Shown here piece after piece: positions 10,871-20,036 of a stretch of DNA of 32,000 nucleotides. The notes under the pieces are model-generated. The model was given only the letters and a program-made list of their open reading frames with translations, had not been told where the DNA came from and made no database searches. Numbering within the stretch: position 1 is the first letter of the stretch; the number at the start of each line of letters is the position of its first letter. Origin of the DNA: Aliivibrio fischeri ES114 (GTDB lineage Bacteria > Pseudomonadota > Gammaproteobacteria > Enterobacterales > Vibrionaceae). The translations under genes were made by a program, and so were the position numbers. The stretch lies in NCBI RefSeq assembly GCF_000011805.1, contig NC_006840.2; one strand, given 5' to 3'.

Positions 10871-12109
10871 ATGTTTGATTTGGCAGAGCGTTTAAGTTCG
10901 AACAAAAGTAATGAAAGTAAATTAAGCCATAAGTTAAAAACAATGCTGTTTTACCAGACAGAAGAGTGCCGTTCATTGGTTAATGAATCTTTTCGATTTG
11001 ATGGTAAGGATGAACCTAAATGCGTTAAAAATCGTGATGAAGAGTTTCGCCAGATTGATTTATTAAATCCACCTGAAGTGGTGATTATTGAACTAAATGC
11101 CAGTCAAGATGTAGTTCAAGATGCACAGCGATTAGCTCATTTATTACCAAGCCAAGTATCTGTAGTTATTGTTGGCTCTGAAGACGCAATTTCAACGATT
11201 CGTTTACTTAAAGAGATGGGTTTTTATTACCTGTTTTGGCCCGTAAGCAAGCAAGAATGTTCAGATTTTATGAAGCACGTTCTTGATAACCATGAGCAAC
11301 ATCGAGGTTTGATGGCCAATCGAAAATCTAAGCGAGTTGCTATGGTTGGTGTGAAAGGCGGTGTTGGCACTTCTCTTATTAGTAGTGAAGTATCTCGAAT
11401 GCTTTCATTTGATAAAGGCGTTTCAACTCTCCTTGTTGATCATAATTATCATGGCGGAAATCTTGATATTTTTATGGGGTTAAAGCAGCACCAAAAAAGA
11501 ATCGTTCAAAAAGGAACATTAATTTCAAATATTGATGGTACTTATGCTCTTGGTTTAATTCGTAAAATTACGCCAATGTTGTCGATGTTAGCTATCGATT
11601 CTGATGAATTGAACGCGCAAGAATTGAAAGAATATACGCTGGCAGTACAAGAGCAGGCGCTTAAAAATTCAAGTGTGATGATTGAAGATCATGCTCATTT
11701 AATTCGTAATGAAGATGACATTATTAAGCTCTTGCAACAGGTTGATGTTTTAGTACTTGTTTTTGATGCAACGGTTTCGTCATTACGTGATTACAATCGA
11801 TTAAATCAGTTAGTTAAGAAGAATAATCTAGATAACCAAACCCGTGTTATTTCGGTACTGAATTCATCACGTCCGAGTAATAGCGGTTCGGTTTCGGCTG
11901 AAGAAATTGAAAAGTACAGCGGGCAAAGAGCAACCATCAGTATTCCATATGATGATAAAGCACCGCAATACGTACTTGAAGGGTTACAAATCGTAAAAAC
12001 TAAATCAGCTATGGCACTGCCTCTTATGAATTTAGTTGCTTTGATTTTAGGTGAAGAACCAAAGCAAGAAAGCCGTTCATTTTTGAGTTTCTTTAAAAAG
12101 AAAGGGTAG
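10871..12109 (+). CDS. tadZ: Pilus assembly protein TadZ/CpaE (ParA/MinD-like)
   Basis: Receiver-like N-terminal part and RVAMVGVKGGVGTSLISSEVSRMLS...STLLVDHNYHGGNLDIFMG ParA-like motifs; position before tadA. Confidence 0.88.
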   Translation: MFDLAERLSSNKSNESKLSHKLKTMLFYQTEECRSLVNESFRFDGKDEPKCVKNRDEEFRQIDLLNPPEVVIIELNASQDVVQDAQRLAHLLPSQVSVVIVGSEDAISTIRLLKEMGFYYLFWPVSKQECSDFMKHVLDNHEQHRGLMANRKSKRVAMVGVKGGVGTSLISSEVSRMLSFDKGVSTLLVDHNYHGGNLDIFMGLKQHQKRIVQKGTLISNIDGTYALGLIRKITPMLSMLAIDSDELNAQELKEYTLAVQEQALKNSSVMIEDHAHLIRNEDDIIKLLQQVDVLVLVFDATVSSLRDYNRLNQLVKKNNLDNQTRVISVLNSSRPSNSGSVSAEEIEKYSGQRATISIPYDDKAPQYVLEGLQIVKTKSAMALPLMNLVALILGEEPKQESRSFLSFFKKKG

Positions 12110-12115
12110 TAAAAA

Positions 12116-13405
12116 ATGAACAATAATAAAGCGCTGTATATTCAATTAAGAACTCAAATATTTAATGCGTTAGAGCCTGAAGCGTTAAATAAGTTAACCA
12201 AACAAGAGCTGACTCAACAACTATCGAATGCGGTAGATCTACTTATCGATAGAGAGCAATTACCCGTCTCTCTTATTATGAAAAATGAGTACGTAGAAAG
12301 CCTAGTCAATGAACTTGTTGGCTTAGGACCATTACAAAATTTAATGGATGATGAAACTATTACTGACATCATGATTAATGGTCATGAAAATGTATTTATT
12401 GAGCGAGATGGTTTAGTCGAGAAAGTCAGTGTTAATTTTATTGATGAGCAACAACTGATTGATATTGCAAAACGCATTGCGAGTCGTGTTGGCCGTCGAG
12501 TTGATGAATCAAGTCCGACTTGTGATGCACGCTTAGAAGATGGGAGTCGTGTCAATATAGTGATCCCACCAATTGCTATTGATGGAACTTCAATTTCTAT
12601 TCGTAAGTTTAAAAAGCAGAGTATTGCCTTTTCTGACTTAGTTGAATTTGGTGCCATGAGCAAAGAAATGGCGCAAATACTGATGGTTGCTTCACGCTGT
12701 CGTTTGAATATTTTAATTTCAGGCGGTACGGGGTCGGGTAAAACAACCATGCTAAATGCGTTATCTCAGTTCATTTCTGAAGGCGAACGTATTGTCACAA
12801 TTGAAGATGCGGCAGAATTAAAACTACAGCAGCCTCACGTTGTTCGTTTAGAAACCCGAACATCAGGTATTGAAGGAACAGGTGTCGTCTCTCAACGTGA
12901 TTTAGTGATTAACTCATTACGTATGCGTCCTGATCGAATTATTGTGGGTGAATGTCGTGGTGGAGAGGCGTTTGAAATGCTTCAAGCGATGAATACGGGC
13001 CATGATGGATCAATGTCTACATTGCATGCCAATTCACCAAGAGATGCATTATCACGAGTTGAAGCCATGGTGATGATGGCAACGAATAACTTACCCTTAG
13101 AAGCGGTAAGAAGAACCATTGTCAGTGCTGTCGATATCGTTATTCAAATTAGTCGCTTACACGATGGAACTCGAAAAGTGATGAGCATTTCTGAAGTGGT
13201 GGGACTGGAAGGAAATAACGTTGTTCTTGAAGAAATATTCGCTTTTAAACCAAATAAAGAACAAAACGAAGATGGAAAAGTAAAAGGTAACTATTTTACT
13301 TCCGGCTTAATGCAACGCTCTGTGTTGATGGAAAAAGCACGATTCTTTGGTATGGAAGAAAAAATACAATCAGCATTTAGAGCCCCTTACGCAGAGGTAC
13401 AGTAA
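12116..13405 (+). CDS. tadA: Flp pilus secretion ATPase TadA/CpaF
   Basis: ILISGGTGSGKTTMLNALSQFI Walker A; DRIIVGECRGGEAFEMLQAMNTGHDGSMSTLHANSPRDALSRVEAMV; typical type II/IV secretion ATPase. Confidence 0.96.
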   Translation: MNNNKALYIQLRTQIFNALEPEALNKLTKQELTQQLSNAVDLLIDREQLPVSLIMKNEYVESLVNELVGLGPLQNLMDDETITDIMINGHENVFIERDGLVEKVSVNFIDEQQLIDIAKRIASRVGRRVDESSPTCDARLEDGSRVNIVIPPIAIDGTSISIRKFKKQSIAFSDLVEFGAMSKEMAQILMVASRCRLNILISGGTGSGKTTMLNALSQFISEGERIVTIEDAAELKLQQPHVVRLETRTSGIEGTGVVSQRDLVINSLRMRPDRIIVGECRGGEAFEMLQAMNTGHDGSMSTLHANSPRDALSRVEAMVMMATNNLPLEAVRRTIVSAVDIVIQISRLHDGTRKVMSISEVVGLEGNNVVLEEIFAFKPNKEQNEDGKVKGNYFTSGLMQRSVLMEKARFFGMEEKIQSAFRAPYAEVQ

Positions 13406-14322
13406 TGTCTTGGATTGCAATCGGTATTGGCTTAATTTTATTGGGCTTTGCTTTTGGTGATAAGCCGGTAAAAAAGAGTCAATATTTAGAAAAACTAAAT
13501 GTGACCCAGTTTGTTGATGATCTTAATAGCACAGAGCAAGCGATCAATTTAGCTTCCTTAACAGAGCGAACGTTTCGACAAAAACTTGAGTTTATTTGGA
13601 AAAACATAGCGAGACAATTAGGTAATGGTGCTGCGTTAAAACTGGTTTTTTCCATATGTGTTTTTGCTTTAATAGGCCTGTTGATTAACCGTTCTATGAT
13701 TCATGCCTCGCCTTATATTGTGGTCTTTATTGCTATCGTAATAGGACTGATTTGGGGATATGTTTGGCTTCAAGAAAAAGAGAAAAAACAATTTAATGAG
13801 CGCTTTCCGGATGCTCTTAATATGCTATCGAGTGCGGTATCGGCAGGTGAAAGTATCACTCATGCGATTGCTTTTGTGGGCAAGAAACTTGAGGGTGATG
13901 TGGGCAAAGAATTTAAAATAATGGGAGAGCGTTTGCAGCTTGGTGAGAGTCCAGATGAAGTCTTTAAGAAATCATGTGTTCGTTTCCCTTATCCTGCTTT
14001 TCGTTTTTTTGTTATTACATTACGAGCAAACATGAACCGAGGTGGTCAATTAAGGGATGTTATTTCACGGTTGAACCGTTTGATGTTTGATGCGAGAGCT
14101 GTAGAGAGAAAGAAATACGCTCTAACATCAGAAGCCAGAATATCGGCAAAAATAGTCTGTGCGACACCTTTTTTCTTTTTGTTTATTTTGCAGTTCCTCA
14201 GCCCTGAAAATTATGAATTCGTCATGTTTCACGCTGAAGGTAGACCTATTTTATATTATGTACTCATTAGTGAAGCTATAGGGATGCTTATTATTTGGGG
14301 CTTATTAAAAGGAACCAAGTAA
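13405..14322 (+). CDS. tadB: Tight adherence protein TadB (T2SS F-type membrane protein)
   Basis: RFPDALNMLSSAVSAGESITHAIA, GGQLRDVISRLNRLMFDARAVERKKYALTSEARISAKIV; start overlaps tadA stop (TAATG). Confidence 0.9.
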   Translation: MSWIAIGIGLILLGFAFGDKPVKKSQYLEKLNVTQFVDDLNSTEQAINLASLTERTFRQKLEFIWKNIARQLGNGAALKLVFSICVFALIGLLINRSMIHASPYIVVFIAIVIGLIWGYVWLQEKEKKQFNERFPDALNMLSSAVSAGESITHAIAFVGKKLEGDVGKEFKIMGERLQLGESPDEVFKKSCVRFPYPAFRFFVITLRANMNRGGQLRDVISRLNRLMFDARAVERKKYALTSEARISAKIVCATPFFFLFILQFLSPENYEFVMFHAEGRPILYYVLISEAIGMLIIWGLLKGTK

Positions 14323-15194
14323 TGTCAGATTGGTATTTATTTATATCCATTACGCTTATTTCATTTGGCTTGATGCTTATTGTCTATTTAAGCATTACAA
14401 AGTTTTTAAGAGAAAAGCAGTTACATGTGTTAAGTGGCAATAATCAAAAAATAAAAGAGAACGAACTTGGGGGATGGTTAAAAAATAAAGCTTCCGAACT
14501 TAATCCTGACGAAGAAGAAATTAAACAAAAATTACGTCAAGCTGGTTGGGAGAATACTCAATATGTACACCTGTTTATGCCAATTAAATACAGTGTACTA
14601 CTGATTGGTGAAGTTATTTTTGGTATCGCTTATTACCAATCGTTTCTATCAAGTACAGCTTGGGTTATTGCCGCATCGTTATGGATGGTTTTTGTGATTA
14701 TTGCTCCCGATATGTATTTACAAGCAAAGATAAAAGCCAGAGTTCACCGAGTTTCAACCCAAATGCCTTATCTATTGGATTTAATGGCGGTATGTGTTCA
14801 AACGGGGATGACGGTTGAAGCCTCTCTTAGTTATTTAGTGAAAGAGATGAAAGGCTTTAATAAGGACTTAACTCAAGTATTAACCAAAATGAATGAACGC
14901 TCTCGTATGGTGGGGTTAGAAAAGTCATTAGAAGAGATGTACGTAGAAATACCCTCTAATGAAATGCGTAGTTTTGTGATGACATTAACGCAGAGCATGC
15001 ATTACGGTTCATCTATTTATAACGTTTTAACCACGTTGGCATCAGATATTAGAGAAGTACAGATGCTGGAATTAGAAGAGCGAATAGGGAAGTTAGCAGC
15101 AAAGATGTCAGTTCCACTGATCGTATTCATTATGATCCCTATTGTTATTTTAATTGCAGCACCAGGTGTAATGAGGTTGATGTTAAATGCTTAA
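14322..15194 (+). CDS. tadC: Tight adherence protein TadC (T2SS F-type membrane protein)
   Basis: MSDWYLFISITLISFG...; QMPYLLDLMAVCVQTGMTVEASLSYLVKEM, ELEERIGKLAAKMSVPLIVFIMIPIVILIAAPGVM. ATG at 14322 overlaps the tadB stop; track start 14295 is an upstream TTG. Confidence 0.9.
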   Translation: MSDWYLFISITLISFGLMLIVYLSITKFLREKQLHVLSGNNQKIKENELGGWLKNKASELNPDEEEIKQKLRQAGWENTQYVHLFMPIKYSVLLIGEVIFGIAYYQSFLSSTAWVIAASLWMVFVIIAPDMYLQAKIKARVHRVSTQMPYLLDLMAVCVQTGMTVEASLSYLVKEMKGFNKDLTQVLTKMNERSRMVGLEKSLEEMYVEIPSNEMRSFVMTLTQSMHYGSSIYNVLTTLASDIREVQMLELEERIGKLAAKMSVPLIVFIMIPIVILIAAPGVMRLMLNA

Positions 15195-15927
15195 AAAATT
15201 ACTTCTAGTCTCTACAGTTCTTTTATTGTCGGCATGCAGTTCTCGTCAATACAGTGAAAGTTCATTAACTCAGTCAAAAATTGATATTTATGAGCAAACA
15301 CAAAATTACGTCGCTTTATCTGATTTATATAAAGCGGAATTGAAAAAAGAGGATTCTGAAGAAATACGAGAAGCCCTTGCTGCCGCATTATTGCATTTAG
15401 AAGATCCTGAAAGTGCGTTGTTCTATTTAAAACCAAACATTGAAAATGGAGCAAGCTTTCAAAGTTATTACCTTCAAGCTTCTGCTTTAGGAGACTTAGG
15501 AAAATATCCTCAAGCAATAAAAGCAGCCTTACTTTCATTGGAAGAAAACCCTGATAACCCTGAAACGGAAAACTTATTAGGGATTTTATATGGTCATGAA
15601 TATCAATATGAAAAGTCACGCAGATACTTTCAAAAAGCACAGTTGCATTTTTATGATAGCAATACGATAGCCAATAATTTAGCGGTTTTGGATATTGCCG
15701 AAGGTAATTACAAACGAGCCGCACAACGATTATTGCCAGTTTATCGTAGCGGACAAGCTAATGAACAAGTGATGGCCAATTTAATACTAAGCATGGCTAA
15801 AGAGCAGAATCTTGAATTTATTCAGGCTGTGCTAGGTGATAAACACACAAAAAAAGAAATTGAACGTATTTATCAATCATTACAACGATTTAATTCTTTA
15901 GATATTGATACAAAGAAAAGCGTTTAG
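15187..15927 (+). CDS. tadD: TadD-like tetratricopeptide lipoprotein
   Basis: LLLVSTVLLLSACSS lipobox; TPR-like repeats (YYLQASALGDLGKYPQAIKAALLSLEENPDNPETENLLGILYGHEYQYEKSRRYFQKA). Confidence 0.82.
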   Translation: MLKKLLLVSTVLLLSACSSRQYSESSLTQSKIDIYEQTQNYVALSDLYKAELKKEDSEEIREALAAALLHLEDPESALFYLKPNIENGASFQSYYLQASALGDLGKYPQAIKAALLSLEENPDNPETENLLGILYGHEYQYEKSRRYFQKAQLHFYDSNTIANNLAVLDIAEGNYKRAAQRLLPVYRSGQANEQVMANLILSMAKEQNLEFIQAVLGDKHTKKEIERIYQSLQRFNSLDIDTKKSV

Positions 15928-15935
15928 GGTGATAT

Positions 15936-16421
15936 ATGAGAAATAAACAAAACGGTTCAGCTTCTATTGAATTTGTAATGGGTTTTATGGCGTTTTGGTT
16001 TATGTGTATGGCATGGGTTGAAATGAGTTACATGTCTTATATTTCAGCCATAAATGACCTCGCGATTTCAGAAGTATCTCGAAGTGCTAAGAAAGGTGAA
16101 GAGCGTTATTTAGATATTGTTGATGAGGTTTTATATCGTGATAACAGCATTTGGAACACGGTGATCTCTGCGGATAATTTTAGAGTATCAATCCAGTATC
16201 TGCCGACTATTGAAGCTTTAGAATCAGAGAAGAAAGGATGCCCAATCCCTGAAGGGCAACGAACTCGAGAGTGTGGAGATGAGGGTAATAATGCACTAGC
16301 AATTTATCGAATTGACTATGATTTTCATCCTATTTTCTCTTATGTATTTAGTCGCTCAGCTAATTTGAGCCGTGAAATGATAGTGGTACAAGAGTATGAA
16401 CGATCGCAATTTGAAATCTAA
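15936..16421 (+). CDS. tadE: TadE-like pseudopilin
   Basis: MRNKQNGSASIEFVMGFMAFWFMCMAWVEMSYMSYI: short basic leader, G/SASIEF prepilin-like cleavage site, hydrophobic helix. Confidence 0.8.
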   Translation: MRNKQNGSASIEFVMGFMAFWFMCMAWVEMSYMSYISAINDLAISEVSRSAKKGEERYLDIVDEVLYRDNSIWNTVISADNFRVSIQYLPTIEALESEKKGCPIPEGQRTRECGDEGNNALAIYRIDYDFHPIFSYVFSRSANLSREMIVVQEYERSQFEI

Positions 16422-16944
16422 ACAACGTGGGATTTTTAGTATTGAATTCGCGATTGTTGGTATCTGCTTTAGTTTACTTCTCGCTTTTAGCGGGGATGTG
16501 ATTATTAAGTTATCCATAAAAGGTAAATTGGATCGTCTTTCTTATTCTTTGGTTAATGTACTAAAAGAGCGAACTCAGCTTTATGGTATGGACTATCAAT
16601 TAACATCTGAAGAAGTAGACAGCTTAAATAAGATAGCAAAAAACTCACTTTCAAGAACGTTTGGTAATTTTGATGCTAATAAATACGGCATGTTAGTGGA
16701 GGAACTGAGTTTTTCTGAAGTGGATGTGCCTAATCCAGTAATTAGTGAGCATCGTGGTGCAGAAACATGTCATGTAAATAAATCTATCGGTCAGTTAAAA
16801 GAACTTACCGTGCTTAGTGTAAGAGGGCGAACTATGCCTCTGTATCGTGTAGCGCTTTGTTATGAAAGTGATAACTGGTTTGGTGATTTGGTAGATAAAA
16901 TCTATACCACGGTGATGTCTGATTCTATTGTTATTGGTCGATGA
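16396..16944 (+). CDS. tadF: TadF-like pseudopilin
   Basis: KSKQRGIFSIEFAIVGICFSLLLAFSGDVI prepilin-like N-terminus; overlaps tadE by 26 nt and tadG by 4 nt. Confidence 0.78.
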   Translation: MNDRNLKSKQRGIFSIEFAIVGICFSLLLAFSGDVIIKLSIKGKLDRLSYSLVNVLKERTQLYGMDYQLTSEEVDSLNKIAKNSLSRTFGNFDANKYGMLVEELSFSEVDVPNPVISEHRGAETCHVNKSIGQLKELTVLSVRGRTMPLYRVALCYESDNWFGDLVDKIYTTVMSDSIVIGR

Positions 16945-18338
16945 TAATGAAATTAAAAAAACAACAATCAGGCCACGCCGCTATTTTATTTGTTATGTGC
17001 ATTCCTGTTTTATTTGGCGTTTTTACATTAGCGTCGGATGGTGCAAGAGCCTTGCAATCAAAAGCTCGATTAGAAGACGCTGCAGAGGCTGCCGTATTAG
17101 CCGTTTCTGCATATGGTGAAGAGGATGAAGTTTCAACGCAAACCGGCAAAGACTATGTCGCCCACTACATGCACGATATGTCGAATTTGGTGGATATTGA
17201 GGTTGAGAAGCTCGAATGTTCAGAGCTACCTGAATGTACTGCTGATGATAATGATAGACCATTTGTTGAGTATCAGGTCTCTGGAAGAACAAAACATAAA
17301 TCATGGTTTCCTGGTAATGATGTAACCGTTGGATTTGGTGAATCATTTGATGTTACAGGCATGTCTAAAGCGCGTAAGTTTCAAAGCAGCCAGCCTATGG
17401 ATATCACTTTTATTCTCGATTTTTCTGGATCTATGAATTATGACTGGGAAGGGCATGCTCCGTCTTATATGGAAGAAGAGGTTCCAAAAGTTCCGGGGCG
17501 TTATTCACCTCCATCACGATTAAGTGATTTAAAAGATGTGGTTCAAATGGTGACAGATGAACTGCAAGTTTATAACAACTCAACGACAGGCCCAAAGCAT
17601 CGTGTCGCAATGACAGGTTATAACCGTCGAACGGTTAACGAATCGAGTAATGGTAAATTTGTTATACGAGATCAGCGGATCACTAAATATAACTCTGATG
17701 GCTATGACGCAGGTGATAAGTTTTATCCTAAGAAAACCATTAATAAGCAATTTATGGTTAAAGGGGCTGCTGCTAGGGTTCCGAATGGCGATGAGAAAGC
17801 TGAGTTTACCGATATTATGTACACCTCTGATTTTGCTTCGTTTAATCATAAAATTAAATCATTTGAAGCCTTTGGTGGCACAGCATCACTACAAGGAATT
17901 ATTCGAGCAAGCCAGATTGTCTCTTACCATATAACTAATGATGGTGAAGAAGCCAACCCTAAGCAATTAATTATTATTTTATCTGATGGGGAGGATTTTA
18001 ATCACTATTTAGGACAAACAGAAACCTTAGTAGATTATGGTATGTGTGACAATTTACGTAATGCCATTGAAGGTGGTCCTGTCTCTTCTGAAGATAATAA
18101 AGCAGATAAAATTGTTTTCTCTAGTGGTAGTAGCTCAGGATTACCGACGAATACAGGTGAAGATCCTAGTGTAAGGATTGCAATGATTGGCTTTGGTGAT
18201 GGCTATGATATTCATGCTAATACTGGGCTGCTAAATTGTGTGGGAGAAGAGAACGCATTTAGTGCAAATAATAAAGATGAAATTTTAAATTTAATTATGT
18301 CATTGGTATCAGAAGAAGTCGGGCATTTAGCTCAATAA
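16941..18338 (+). CDS. tadG: TadG-like protein with von Willebrand factor A domain
   Basis: KQQSGHAAILFVMCIPVLFGVFTLASDGARALQSKARLEDAAEAAVLAVSAYG N-terminal TadE/G helix; ITFILDFSGSMNYD MIDAS (DxSGS), GGTASLQG, IIILSDGEDFN. Confidence 0.88.
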   Translation: MIMKLKKQQSGHAAILFVMCIPVLFGVFTLASDGARALQSKARLEDAAEAAVLAVSAYGEEDEVSTQTGKDYVAHYMHDMSNLVDIEVEKLECSELPECTADDNDRPFVEYQVSGRTKHKSWFPGNDVTVGFGESFDVTGMSKARKFQSSQPMDITFILDFSGSMNYDWEGHAPSYMEEEVPKVPGRYSPPSRLSDLKDVVQMVTDELQVYNNSTTGPKHRVAMTGYNRRTVNESSNGKFVIRDQRITKYNSDGYDAGDKFYPKKTINKQFMVKGAAARVPNGDEKAEFTDIMYTSDFASFNHKIKSFEAFGGTASLQGIIRASQIVSYHITNDGEEANPKQLIIILSDGEDFNHYLGQTETLVDYGMCDNLRNAIEGGPVSSEDNKADKIVFSSGSSSGLPTNTGEDPSVRIAMIGFGDGYDIHANTGLLNCVGEENAFSANNKDEILNLIMSLVSEEVGHLAQ

Positions 18339-18353
18339 CGTCGAGAGTAAATT

Positions 18354-19013
18354 ATGAAAAAAATATGTGTGTTATTGGCTTTATTTTCTGCCAATGTTTT
18401 ATCTGCTGAGAAAAATAATAACCAAGAATTTAATCAGTTACTTGATTATTATTGTGGAACTGAGAGTGTTGAGTTTCAGGAACAAGTAACCATTGGTGAA
18501 GGTAAGCAAATCTTGTTTCATCAAGGACCATTTATGCAAGTAAATACTGAATTATCGCCTGATGTTATTAAGCGAACATTCAGTAATGCAATGCAACAAG
18601 CAAATCTGAGTAGCCAGTGCAGTGAGTATTTATTAAGTTATGCTGAGGTCGTTGAGGATAATGTAGAACAAAAATTATTTGCTCGAGTACTATTTAATTT
18701 TGATCAATATTCTTTAACGGAACGTTCAAAGTATATTCTTCAAAGCGTAACGGAAAAACTAGAGACACAAAAAGATACGGTGTTACTTAATGGTCACACT
18801 GATAATAAAGGCAGAGAGAACTACAATATTAATTTAGGATTAGCTCGTTCAAATAGCGTAAAGGCATTTTTATTGGCTCAAGGTGCTAGCAAAGAGCAGT
18901 TAGAATCTTATTCATTTGGAGAGCAACAGCCGATTGATGACAATACCACATTGGAAGGTCAGCACCATAATCGCCGAGTTGATATTGAGAAAAAAGCTAA
19001 CGAAACTAATTGA
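18354..19013 (+). CDS. OmpA-family (peptidoglycan-associating) protein linked to tad locus
   Basis: Signal peptide MKKICVLLALFSANVLSA; C-terminal VLLNGHTDNKGRENYNINLGLARSNSVKAFLLAQGASKEQLESYSFGEQQPIDDNTTLEGQHHNRRVDI is an OmpA C-terminal domain. Confidence 0.88.
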   Translation: MKKICVLLALFSANVLSAEKNNNQEFNQLLDYYCGTESVEFQEQVTIGEGKQILFHQGPFMQVNTELSPDVIKRTFSNAMQQANLSSQCSEYLLSYAEVVEDNVEQKLFARVLFNFDQYSLTERSKYILQSVTEKLETQKDTVLLNGHTDNKGRENYNINLGLARSNSVKAFLLAQGASKEQLESYSFGEQQPIDDNTTLEGQHHNRRVDIEKKANETN

Positions 19014-19024
19014 TAGTTAAAGAT

Positions 19025-19064
19025 AGGCGGTGTTACTAACGAAAGGTTGGAATACCGCCTTTGT
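19025..19064. terminator. Hairpin between convergent ompA-like and kinase genes (probable terminator)
   Basis: aggcggt ... accgcct followed by ttgtttgc. Confidence 0.55.
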
Positions 19065-19067
19065 TTG

Positions 19068-20030
19068 CTAAATAGGTAGCTTTATTTTTAGTAGTGCACC
19101 TAAACGTTTATTCTCTGGAGTGTCAAACCAAATACTTCCATTATATTTCTCAATAATATCAGCACATAAAGCAAGTCCTAATCCGGTACCTGCATTCAGT
19201 TTATCAGCTCTAACGCCTCGTAAAAATAACGATTCTTTTTGTTCTTCAGGAATTGATGGGCCATCATTTTCAATGCTCAATATATAATCGTTACTATATT
19301 GTTTAATGGTAATAACGATCTTTGTCGATGCGAATCGAAAACTATTCTCTAGAGTGTTACCTAGTATTTCCATCAAATCATTTTTTTCTATTGGTAGCTT
19401 TTGTTCTTCATTGATAAAACAACAAACCTCAATTTCTTTTTCATGGTAGATCTTACTAAACATGGAGAGTAACCCTTGTAATGGTTCACTTACCACAGTT
19501 GTTGTTGGTTTTAATTCTTTAATATTTAATGTGGCTCTTTGTAACTGACCTTGGATAACATCATCCATTAAAGTTAATTGTTGAGAGAGCTTTTCTGTTG
19601 ATTCGGCTTGCAGATCCTGTAGCAATAGTTTTGATGCGATAACATGATTTTTTAAACTATGAGCTAAATCATCGAGTGTTTTTTTGTATTGTTCTTCTTT
19701 TTCTTTTGCTTGAAAGAGGGCACGGTTAGTTGAGTGGTAAATTGATGTTAATTCTGATTCAGTGTCACTTGGTTGAGTAAAGAAACCTTCTTTCATGTTT
19801 TGGATGCGTTTTAACTCTCGTTTTCTCTTCTTTATCGGTTTAATTGCCCATTGGTAACTAAAGTAAATAAAGACGATGAAACTTAGCAATGTTCCCACCG
19901 TAATTAATATTATTGGTTGTTCCGTTTGCTTATATATTAGAAACAAAATTGGAGTACTAAAGAGCAGAATTCCTAGGATTAAAGAAAAAAAGATCCGATA
20001 AAATCCATAATTATTATTTAGATTTGTCAT
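19068..20030 (-). CDS. PhoQ-like sensor histidine kinase with minimal periplasmic region
   Basis: 320 aa; DDLAHSLK H-box, EILGNTLENSFRFA N-box, LFLRGVRAD and GTGLGLALC ATP-lid/G2 motifs; two closely spaced N-terminal TM helices. Confidence 0.88.
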   Translation of the reverse strand: MTNLNNNYGFYRIFFSLILGILLFSTPILFLIYKQTEQPIILITVGTLLSFIVFIYFSYQWAIKPIKKRKRELKRIQNMKEGFFTQPSDTESELTSIYHSTNRALFQAKEKEEQYKKTLDDLAHSLKNHVIASKLLLQDLQAESTEKLSQQLTLMDDVIQGQLQRATLNIKELKPTTTVVSEPLQGLLSMFSKIYHEKEIEVCCFINEEQKLPIEKNDLMEILGNTLENSFRFASTKIVITIKQYSNDYILSIENDGPSIPEEQKESLFLRGVRADKLNAGTGLGLALCADIIEKYNGSIWFDTPENKRLGALLKIKLPI

Positions 20031-20036
20031 TATTAC

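Noticed and set aside
11806-12123. 105-aa minus-strand ORF over tadZ end
   Set aside because: Antisense shadow; no conserved features.
12382-12750. 122-aa minus-strand ORF inside tadA
   Set aside because: Antisense to highly conserved ATPase motifs.
15212-15724. 170-aa minus-strand ORF inside tadD
   Set aside because: Long but wholly antisense to the lipobox/TPR gene, which has the expected operon position and overlaps.
17650-17934. 94-aa plus-strand ORF in an alternate frame of tadG
   Set aside because: Lies over the vWA domain of tadG; no independent support.
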